64,000 nucleotides of DNA from contig CATNEN010000038.1 of the NCBI GenBank assembly GCA_950097015.1, positions 27,962,001 through 28,026,000 of the forward strand, written 5' to 3'. The position numbers and the translations under genes are program-made. The number at the start of each line of letters is the position of its first letter. Position 1 is the stretch's first letter. Origin of the DNA: Macrostomum hystrix (taxonomy: Eukaryota; Animalia; Platyhelminthes). The notes under the pieces were generated by a model. That model was not told the origin of the DNA, ran no database searches, and saw only the letters and a program-made list of their open reading frames with translations. This document shows, piece by piece, positions 48,051 to 58,206 of the stretch.

Positions 48051-48933
48051 TGATTCTCAGTGTTGTTCTAGATTGATTCTCAGTGTTGTTCTAGCTTGAT
48101 TCTTGGCGTGGTTCTAGCTTGATTCTCAGTGTTGTTCTAGCTTGACTCTCAGTATTGTTCTAGCTTGACTCTCAGTGTTGTTCTAGCTTGACTCTCAGTG
48201 TTTTTCTAGCTTGACTCTCAGTCTTGTTCTAGCTTGACTCTCAGTGTTGTTCTAGCTTGACTCTCAGTCTTGTTCTAGCTTGACTCTCAGTGTTGTTCTA
48301 GCTTGACTCTCAGTCTTGTTCTAGCTTGACTCTCAGTCTTGTTCTAGCTTGACTCTCAGTCTTGTTCTAGCTTGACTCTCAGTCTTGTTCTAGCTTGACT
48401 CTCAGTCTTGTTCTAGCTTGACTCTCAGTGTTGTTTTTGCTTGATTCTCGGTGCGGTTCAAGCTTGACTCTCAGTGTTGTTCTAGCTTGATTCTTGGTGT
48501 GGTTCTAGCTTGATTCTTGGCGTGGTTCTAGCTTGATTCTTGGCGTGGTTCTAGCTTGATTCTCAGTGTGGTTCTAGCTTGATTCTCGGTGTGGTTCTAG
48601 CTTGATTCTCGGTGTGGTTCTAGCTCGATTCTCGATGTGGTTCTAGCTTGATTCCTGACGTGGTTCTAGCTTGATTCTTGGCGTGGTTCTAACTTGATTT
48701 ACTGACGTGGTTCTAGCTTGATTCTTGGCGTGGTTCTAGCTTGATTCTCGGTGTGGTTCTAGCTTGATTCTCGGTGTGGTTCTAGCTTGATTCTCGGTGT
48801 GGTTCTAGCTTGATTCTCAGTGTGGTTCTAGCTTGCTTCTTGGCGTGGTTCTAGCTTGATTCTTGGCGTGGTTCTAGCTTGATTCTCGGTGTGGTTCTAG
48901 CTCGATTCTCGATGTGGTTCTAGCTTGATTCTC
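48051..48933. repeat. 23-bp minisatellite, second block (continues after the LINE at 53729-53812)
   Basis: Same unit as 40987-43012. Confidence 0.95.
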
Positions 48934-50287
48934 TCTCTCTCTCTCTCTCTCTCTCTACTGGCCCCTCGGCCAAAGGCCATACAGGGGGCGCGCCAGCGCG
49001 CCCGTTGCCTCCAGGAAATCCAGCACCCTCTCCGGGTGCTCCTGCAGCAGGGACATCGAGCCGATGCCTTCAGAGCAGCGGCGCTCCTCCTCCCATCTCG
49101 GGCAGTCCAGCAGGAAGTGTTCCGTGTTCTCGACAGGGGCTTGGCAATGTGGGCAGACCGGGCTCTCCACGCGGCCCCAGCGGTGTAGGGTGTCCCGAAG
49201 GAAAGGGGCCCGGTTGGCCCGCAGCTGATAAAGGGCCACTTCCTGGTCCCGCCGCCTCCTGTTGCTTGGCGGCAGTGGCCTGCCCCCGCAGCGCCGGTGA
49301 GGGTGCTCCGCCGGAACCTCAGCCTCGTACTGGGCTTTGGCCCGGACGACGCTCTGCCGCCGGACCGCAGCCTGAATGGCACCTGCTGAAGCCCGGGCGC
49401 CTTCCTGAGGCAGCGCGCAGCCTTCCCGGGCCAGCGAGTCGGCTTCCTCGTTCAGGTGCAGACCCGCATGTCCCGGGATCCAGATGACTGTGAGCCGGTG
49501 TTTTTCAGCCAGCTGGTGCAGCAGGGCCACTGCCTGTGCCGCCCCATGGTCGTCCTGACACCGCTCCGGGCGCTGCAGCTTCTCGAAGAGCGCGCGGGAG
49601 TCGAAGAGCAGCCAGATGGTACGATGGGTCTGCCCCTCCAGCAACTCCCACGCCGCCTGCAGCCCCGCCGCTGCCGCCGCCGCCTCTGCAGATGTTGAGC
49701 ACGTGAGGCGCCCTGTCGCGACTGACCCGTTGACATCCGGGCCCGGTGCCCGCCGCCGGATCACGTAGCCGCCTCCCCCGTTCCGGACTCCTTCCTCCGC
49801 TGCCCCGTCCGTCCAAATTTGCAGGTCAGGCGGGTCCTTCTGGTGCAGGTTGTCCAGAGTGATCAGGGCTTCCTGCCTCCGCCGCCACTCCGGGTCCTCC
49901 CTCTTCGTGTTGGGCGTGCAGACAAACGACACTGCCATACCCCTCCACGGCCTCGGCAGCATGGTCACAGGCACCCGCTCCTCGGGATTGTCGGCACTCC
50001 TCCTGCAGCCAAAACCCCTCAACACTTGCTTGGCGGTATCCCTCCAGCTGGGCCGCAAACCCCCGCCTCGCGCCTTCAGCCTGCGCGCCGTGCATGGCTC
50101 CTGGGCCAGGCCTCCGAGCGGATGGGCAGCCGGGAACTGCCGGCACCTGGTGAGCAGCGCAGCAGCCTTCTCCTCGCAGATGGGGCCCAGCGACAGCAGC
50201 TCCGCGTCCGTCGTCAGCGCTAGCGAACGCGCCCCTGCCCCGACCCCCGTGATGATGCGGGCCGCTTCGGCGTTCAGCCGTTCCAAC

Positions 50288-51169
50288 TGTTGTAGCCTTC
50301 GCGTTCTGTCGGCAGTTCGCCAACGCGGTAGTGGGGTTCGGGTACGGACCGCCCAAAGCTTGCCGGGAGTAGAGGGAGGGGAAGCAGCGACCCTCGAGGC
50401 GTCCAGGCACTCCGAGGAGAGACGGGATGGACTTGGAGCGTACCGACACTCGCTAAGCCCTGATTGAAGGTTTTGACTGCGAGCGGGCAGCCACTCGACA
50501 GCCCAAGAGAGAGGTAGATGATGGTCTGGAAGCGTACCGACACTTCTCAGACTCGAGGAAGACTCTGGATGAGAAGGATGATGGTGAGCTCTCGGCAACC
50601 GCAGAGGTCGGGCAGAGGAACAAGATTTGATAATAAATAAATAAATAACGCGTGAATACTTTTCTTACCGAGAGGGGTTGAATGTGGAACTCATGCAAAA
50701 TGGTGCTTCCGGCTGTGTATTATGGCTTCTACTTTCTACGTCCAATCGCTTCTGATTTTCAAATTAACTTCAGCAATGCTCTCGCACGAGTTCAGGTGGG
50801 GGCGGGCTGGCCACGGGCAGCGCGCGCAAATAAATAACCGCGCGGGGTGGGGCGAGGGCATAGGGCTGGGCGGGGTAGGGCTAAGCCACGCAGGGCTGGG
50901 GGTAGCAAACAGGGCTGGGCTGGGGTCGGCTGCAAGCCGAGAGAGAGAGAGAAGGGGACCGGCTAGCCAATCAGAAGCCTCCTTGGCGAGAGGCCTGATT
51001 GGACTAGCGAGGTCGGCACAGGGGACAGCCAATGGGCGAGCGAAAAACATGACAAAGGAGGGTGGCCTAAGCCGGGGCCGGCCAGAACTGGTTTGAGCAG
51101 GTGGCCGGGGTGGACGGGTTAGAGACGCAGGGGTCGGGGCAAGGTCATTGTGAGACGCAGCTCACAACA
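50288..51169. mobile_element. Solo LTR (882 bp) nested in the LINE, 4-bp TSD CAAC
   Basis: TGTTGT...ACAACA ends; CAAC at 50284-50287 and 51170-51173; removal restores THRQRLERLNAEAARIITG. Confidence 0.9.
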
Positions 51170-53648
51170 CAACCTCTGCCGGTGAGTTGGGGCCAGGAAG
51201 CTCCACCAGACCTCCGCGCAGTAGAGTCCAGCCGGCCTGACGTAGCTGCAATACAGCTGCCGCAGCGTACGAGCCTCCGCTCCCCAGGTGCGGCCTGCAA
51301 ACGCACGGAGAGCGATGAGCCTGCGGCGAATGGTGGCAGCCGCAGATTGGGCGTGCTCGGCGAAGGTCAGCTGGCTGTCAAGGTGCACGCCCAGGATCTT
51401 GACCGTGCTGCTGAGCGCGATCTGCTGGCCGCCGACTGTCAGCTGCACGGGGGCCTTGCCCTTGACCTCCCCCGGGTGCGTGGTAACCAGTAGGGCTTCG
51501 GTCTTGTCGGGCGCCAGCTCGAACTGATGATCCTTGCACCAGGAAGCCACTGCATCGATGGCGGTTTGCGACAGCTCCGCCGCCTCAGCTGCAGATTTCC
51601 CAGACGCGTTGACGGTCAGATCATCCGCATACTGCACTGGCCTGGACTCCGGCGCAGCGGCCTTAACGGCCGCCGGCAACGTGGAGGTAGCGATGACGAA
51701 GAGGAGGGGGGAGAGCGGACTGCCCTGCGGGACGCCTTCCTTGAGGACCCGGCACCGACTCTCAGCGCTCTCCCAGCGAACCGTGGCACGCCTGTCAGAC
51801 AGGAAGGCTCTAACCCACCTAAGCACTCTGGCCGGCGCGCGTGCCCGGGCCAACTCACGGAGGGTGCCTAACCGCCAGGTGCGGTCGAACGCTGCCTTGA
51901 AATCCACCGCCGTCACCATCGATCGGTGCATCGGCTGTTCCTGCAGGCTGTCGAACGCGGGCTGCGCAATCTGCGCAACGCAGTCAATGGTGCTGCGGCC
52001 TGTCCTGAACCCCGCCTGCTCGTCTGGGATCAGCCCGTGCAACTCGGCCCACACCGCCAGTCTCCGCTGCACCATGCTTTCCAGCAGCTTGCCGATGCAG
52101 CTCAGCAAGGAGATAGGCCGGTAGGACTTCGGGTCGTCCTTGTTCTTGCCCTTCTTCACAGCCAGCACAATGGTAGCCCGTCTCCAAGCACTCGGTAGCT
52201 TCGCTTCGACCCAGCTCCTGTTGAGCAGGGTGAGCAGCGCTACGAGCCCGCTGGACGGCAGCCGCTTCAGCAACTCGGGGTGGACCTCGTCACCGCCCGG
52301 GGCCTTGCCCTCACTCCGCCGGATGGCCTCCTGGAGCTCCGCAAGCTGGAATGGTGATGCCTCCGCGTCCTCAGGTCGCCGCCGCCATCTCCGCCTTTTC
52401 CTTGTCCGAGTGGGCCGTCCGCCCGTTGTGGACGAGCGGGCTGTCAGGGAGCGGGAGGCGAACGTTGCCGTCGAGCGCCCGGATGACCTGCCAGACCTTG
52501 GTGTCCGGCGTCCTCGCATCCAGCTTGGAAACGAAGGTCCTCCAGGCCTCCGCCTTAGCTGCCCTGAATGTGCGCTCCGCCTCGATCCTGGCAAGCCTGT
52601 ACGCTGCAACCTTCTCTGCGTTCCCGGGGTCGGATCTCAAGCGCTCCAGCGTCTCACGGAGGTTCGCGTGCGCCGCCCTGCACTCAGCGGACCACCAGGA
52701 CTTGGCCTTGGCGACCGAGCCCCTGGGTATGCTCTTGGCGGCTGACTCCAGAACCTTAGAGGTGAAGCTCCTGTTGGCCAGCTCCAGGGAGAAAAAACGC
52801 GAGGCGTCCCAGCCGGCAAAGCGGGAATCAACCTCGGCCTGAAACTTAGGCCAGTCCGCCCTCTTGATGTTCAGGTGCGTGCGGGCCCTTCTGCCCTGTG
52901 GCGCGACGTACTGCACCGTCAGCAGCAGTGGGAGATGGTCGGATCCGACGGGGTCCAGGACCTGCCAGATGGCCTTGCCGGCCCAGCTAGCATGGCCCAG
53001 GGCGACGTCCGGCGCAGTGCCTACTCCAGTCGCAGAGAACCGCGTCGGGGACCCGTCGTTGAGGGCTAGCCATCCTTGCCCAGCCAGCCAGTCATCCAGA
53101 TTCTCTCCCAGGTCGTCCGGGTCGCACTCAGGGTCCCAGCTGCCATGGGCGTTCACGTCCCCGAGAACCAGGTGGTCGGCTCCCCTCGGCCAGCTGCCGA
53201 GATGGAGGTCGCCGTCTCGCTGGTCCCCGTCGCCCAGGCGGACCGGCGGTCTGTAGATGTTGACGATGGTCAGCGGCTTGGTGTTGTTGCTCCGCACTCT
53301 GACACTCAGACTCTCCAAAGCAGCCCCGTCAGGCAGGCGCAGCCCGGGCTCCACTCTCTCATGCTGAATCCCGCGGCGAACAAGGGTCAGGAGACCCCCA
53401 TAGTGCCCTGGGTTGGCACCTCTGTGCACTTGACGCTCTCTTCTGTAGGCCGTGAAGTCCTTGAAGTCGGGGATGGGATCGTTGGGATGGAGATTCGTCT
53501 CTTGCAGCACGGCCACGTCTATCCTGTGCACATCGAGCAGCCGGCTCAACGCCGGTCCCCTCGATTTCAGGCCGTTGAGGTTGAGCTGCAGGATGTTAAG
53601 CGCTCTCTTCACTTGCTGCTGCTCCGGTCGTCTCTCGCCGCCTCTCGG

Positions 53649-53687
53649 TGGCCCTGGGTTCGACTCGATGTCCCCCGACAGCAGGAG
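53649..53687 (-). other. 2A-like StopGo peptide LLLSGDIESNPGP
   Basis: Hand translation, in frame with the APE domain; matches GD(V/I)ExNPGP. Confidence 0.9.
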
Positions 53688-54188
53688 CCGGCGGCGCGCC
53701 CAGTCGGGGTTGGACGTTGGTTAGTGAAAGCTTGATTCTCGATGTGGTTCTAGCTTGATTCTCTGTATGGTTCTAGCTTGATTCTCGGTGTTGTTCTAAG
53801 CTTGATTCTCGGTGTTATCTTTGAAATGTTAGGACTCGACAATGTAAAACTAATTTGTCGAGAACAATTAGTTTTTTAATGTTGATCAACGCAAAGGAAG
53901 GCTGGGCTGAATTGAAAGGTTTATTAGAATCTTTTTTTGCTTTTCTGCACAAAAACAGTAGCGTAGGCAATTGGGTCTGCTATCAAACGAAGGTAGACGA
54001 ACTATTTCAACTAAGTCAAATGGTTAGATACGAGCATTAATGTTAGTTAAAGTCAGGCTTAGTTTCTAAAAAAATAACTTTTTGGTTATTGTCCTACTGC
54101 CTTGTACTAACAAAGTAATAAGTTTTGTTCGCAAAGTGTTGATGAGTATTCTTCCCTCTCGAAACTGATGCGCTGATTTTGAAACCAG

Positions 54189-56021
54189 CTAATGTGCAAC
54201 AGCGAGCTCAGCGTCCACCGAAGCGGCTACAAGATCCTGCAGCTGCCGGCAGCAGTCCCACATGTGGCTAACAAACTCCGGCTCGGTTAGAACCTCGCGA
54301 TGCAACGGACAGTCTAGATGGGCTGTGACTCGGAGCTCCACACCGGGCTGCGGAATGAGCTGTCCCTCAAGCGCATTGGTGAGCTTGTAAAATTTGATCT
54401 GCCTGAGAAGCACCAGGAAGGGCCATCGATTGTGACGTAGCACAAACGTTCTGTTCAGCTGCTCGCGGATGTACTCCAGCTTCTCGCCCAGGTGAGGATA
54501 CCTGACACGGTAGGAGTGGTTCGGCGTTTCCCACAGCGCCGGAGCCCCGGCGGCAGAGGTTTCCAGGGGCGGCAATTCGCCGATCCTCTCAAACAGCTCC
54601 TGTAGCTCCGTCTCCAGAAAGCCTTCCTCGAGTAGGGTCTCGGCGACCTTGTCTGTTTCGTTGTTGACGAAAGAGGTGTCGAACTGCAGCCTGAAGTCGG
54701 CAACCTCGCGGAACGAGCCCTGGTAGTTGCTCCCTTTGGCAGTTACGATGTTCAGATTCCACTTGCTCTTATACAGCGTAATGGTCTTCATTTTCATATC
54801 CTCGAGGTTGTACATGAGCTCGAACTTTTTCTGCTGGCCGTTGAGCGAAGTGGTGAAAATCGGTCTCTCGTCACTACTGGCGACTTCTTCAAAGCCGCGC
54901 ATGGCGAGAAAGTTCTCAATGGTGGCGTGATTCTCAATGGACTTCTCCGTCTCGAACGTCGACTTGATTGGCTTGCGTTGCCGCTGCCTCACGACTTCGT
55001 CATCGTTAAAGAATCTTTTTAGCAGCGCAGAACCCTGTTGAACGGTGCGATCTTCGAGCAATAAGCTGAAGTCTCCAAGGCGAGGTCCGGGCCGACTGTC
55101 GAAATGGAAGCTTCTGTGAAACAGGTACAGATCGCCTACCCTCATGTGCACCTTCAGGTGACAGGCTTCACTCCTCAGCTCCTCGCACTCAGCCACGGAA
55201 GCTGCGATCGACTGCATTTTTTCGCGAAATTTTTTGCAGATCTCTTCGTCAGTTGTGGCTTGAAACAGTGGCACCCTGATCCAGCCATTGTTAAACGATT
55301 CTCTAGCATAGTCGTTCAGGAAGCCCTTGTACTGTGAGAACACAAGCTGCGAACCATCAGAGCCGCACAGTAGGGTCCAAAAATTCCACGACTGGTCCCT
55401 GCCACCTCGACCGCGTCCTCTGCCGCCCCTGCCGCGTTCGCCTCCACGTCGTCTATTGTCTCCGCGGCCTCTAAACTCGCTAGAGCCGAGAATTTCGTTA
55501 GCGTCGTTGTGTGGGTTGCTGCGGTCGTCATTAGGAAACTCGTTTTCGCCTCTCCAAGAGCCGCGTCCGCGTCCGCGTCCGCCACCACTACCGCCTCGAC
55601 TGAATCCTCTGCCGCGAATATTAGCGTCCCGTTGATACCAGCCGCCTCGTTCCGCCCTGAGCTCTGACGATGGAGGTCGATAGCTTCGCGGTTCATCATC
55701 CGTACCACTCTGCTGCCGCTGTGGCTGCCACTGTCGGGTCGAGTCTCTCGACGGAAGAAGCTGGGTCGATCTCTCGCCACTCTGCGCCGCGTCGTCATCT
55801 CGCCGTCTCTCGCGAACGTCTTGACCGCGCATCCAGGATTTGACAGATTCGGATTCAAATTGGCCTCTCTGTTGTCTGCCAGATCTTCTGCCTCTAGTCA
55901 CAGTGTGCCAATCGCCATTGGCACCACCTTGCCAGTTCTCCGGCTCGTTCCGATTCGATGACTGCGTTCGAGGCATCGCAGCGACGCCTCGCTCCCATCG
56001 GTTGTTTGGGCCGTTAGCCAT
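54189..56021 (-). CDS. Unknown family subfamily B copy 2, 610 aa with a long RG/RGG-rich disordered N-terminus
   Basis: Intact ORF; C-terminal part near-identical to 43379-44683. Confidence 0.88.
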   Translation of the reverse strand: MANGPNNRWERGVAAMPRTQSSNRNEPENWQGGANGDWHTVTRGRRSGRQQRGQFESESVKSWMRGQDVRERRRDDDAAQSGERSTQLLPSRDSTRQWQPQRQQSGTDDEPRSYRPPSSELRAERGGWYQRDANIRGRGFSRGGSGGGRGRGRGSWRGENEFPNDDRSNPHNDANEILGSSEFRGRGDNRRRGGERGRGGRGRGRGGRDQSWNFWTLLCGSDGSQLVFSQYKGFLNDYARESFNNGWIRVPLFQATTDEEICKKFREKMQSIAASVAECEELRSEACHLKVHMRVGDLYLFHRSFHFDSRPGPRLGDFSLLLEDRTVQQGSALLKRFFNDDEVVRQRQRKPIKSTFETEKSIENHATIENFLAMRGFEEVASSDERPIFTTSLNGQQKKFELMYNLEDMKMKTITLYKSKWNLNIVTAKGSNYQGSFREVADFRLQFDTSFVNNETDKVAETLLEEGFLETELQELFERIGELPPLETSAAGAPALWETPNHSYRVRYPHLGEKLEYIREQLNRTFVLRHNRWPFLVLLRQIKFYKLTNALEGQLIPQPGVELRVTAHLDCPLHREVLTEPEFVSHMWDCCRQLQDLVAASVDAELAVAH

Positions 56022-56770
56022 TCGTTAATTAAAGAACTCAACTATTGTATCGTTGTATCGTTAGGTACCTATTAGCACTGGCAGCTAGTGGCCTTGCTTT
56101 CGGTTTTGTAGCTTCTACTTGGTCTGACTACCTTGTTTTTTATAACTAAAAAATATGAGATTGTCCTTAGCAATTTCTTGGAAATCTTATTTGGACTCGA
56201 AGCCTAGTCTAAAGTCTATCCTGATGGTAGAGAGTGGTGATAATAAATGTACACGAGAGAGAGAGAATGAGAGAGAGAGAGAGAGAAGAGAATGTACATC
56301 AGCCCCACCCCTCTACCCCAACAGCGGAGACAGTGTACAGTTTGTTCATTTGTGTAGCGCACCAGAATCCAAGCTTACTATACCAGTGCTATGTACTATA
56401 CTATACTATACTATACTTACTGTACTCGTAGAAACGGCGAAAGCGAAAATTTATAATTGTTTCAAAAATCTCTGCATTCATGTGTTTATTTGCTCAGTTC
56501 ATCCATGCTAGATCTGAGTGTGCTTCTGTATACATGTACAAATTTGTATTCAAATGTATCTACAGGTAGCAGAACGCACTAATTTATTTCAGCAACTATA
56601 TCGATTGTTGAATCAATAGACTGAGATTGACAAGGACGAGGGATACGAGACATTGGCATTGATTTCGGGGGGGGGGATTGACTCAGTTGAGATCGACACG
56701 GGGTGAACTTGAAAGTAAAACGAGTGAAATGCCACAGGTAGGATTTATGCGGGTGAGAATGACGGATAAG

Positions 56771-57570
56771 ATTGACTCAGATGAGATTTATACAGTTAAG
56801 ATTGACTCGAATGAGATTGACACGGATGAGATTGACACAGGTGAGGTTGATGCATATGAGATTGACACGGATGGGATTGACTCGGATGAGATTGACACGG
56901 ATAAGATTGAATCAGATGAGATTTACACAAGTGAGATTGACTCGGATGAGAAAGACACGGATGAGATTGACTCAGATTAGATTTATACAGGTGAGATTGA
57001 CACAAATTATATTGACACGGATGAGATTGACTCGAATAAGATTGACACGGATGAGATTGACACAGTTGAGATTGACTAGGATGAGATAGACACGGATGGG
57101 ATTGACTCGAATGAGATTGACACGAATGAGATTGACACGGATGGGATTGTCTCGAATGAGATTGACTCGAATGAGATTGACTCGGATGAGATTGACTAGG
57201 ATGAGATTGACTCGGATGAGATTGACTCGGATGAGATTGAGTCGGATGAGATTGACTCGAATGAGATTGACTCGGATGAGATTGACTCGGATGAGATTTA
57301 TATGGATGAGATTGACATGGATGAGATTAACTCTGATGAGATTGACTCGGATGAGATTGACTCGGATGAGATTGACTCGGATGAGATTGACTCGGATGAG
57401 ATTGACTCGGATGAGATTGACTCGGATGAGATTGACTCGGATGAGATTTATATGGATGAGATTGACATGGATGAGATTAACTCTGATGAGATTGACTCGG
57501 ATGAGATTGACTCGGATGAGATTGACTCGGATGAGATTGACTCGGATGAGATTGACACGGATGATATTGA
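56771..57570. repeat. 15-bp minisatellite, second copy
   Basis: Same unit as 45441-46090. Confidence 0.95.
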
Positions 57571-58206
57571 CAAAGGTGACAAAGAGCAATTTAATTAGTG
57601 CTGTACAATCCGAATCTTTGTGCGGTCGAATATTTATTGTCTGTCAGCTGTATATTTGGCTAATAGTCATTGTCGGTACACTATTTTGATTATAATGTAT
57701 TTACGATTATAAAAAATATAGAATTAAAATTGAATTTTCATATGGTCGATATCTTTCTGAGTTTTTATGAGTGCGCAAATGACGATAGATTAATTACGAG
57801 CAAACTACTTAGCAGCCAAGGTCAAATAAGTAGTATAGTTGGAACGCGACAGTTCAAGCGAAAAGCAAAGAAAAGAAAAACGCGATTCAGTGATGAATTC
57901 AAGGAATTTCGGCGCCTTTTGGTTACCAAATTAAGCAGTGTTGGGTCATGTGGTCATGTGGTCATGGGGTCATGACTTAATGACAGAATTAGCAAACCAT
58001 TGTGGGGTCATGATGTCGTTGGGTGATGAGATAAAATAATATTGTTTTAGATTTATTTCATTAGTAACCAGGTAGTGATGTTAGCAGCGTTCACTCAAAC
58101 ACAGTCTGAGAGGTAGAACGCATATACGGGCGCTAAATTGTATTTTTTTAATACTCGTACAATACTAATTAGCCATGATCCAGTCAAATTATTCGATTTT
58201 CCGCTG

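Larger units (their letters stand above)
48934..53728 (-). mobile_element. I-group (Ingi-like) non-LTR retrotransposon: 2A peptide, APE endonuclease, RT, RNase H, CCHC; (GA)n tail; inactivated
   Basis: LQLNLNG, LQET, GDVNAH, SDHLP (APE); YRPISLLS, GVPQGSPLSP, QYADD (RT); WTDG, WIPGHAG..NEEAD (RNase H); CPHC...EHFLLDC. Flanked by AGCTTGATTCTC. Frame break near 52370 and a nested solo LTR. Confidence 0.93.
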
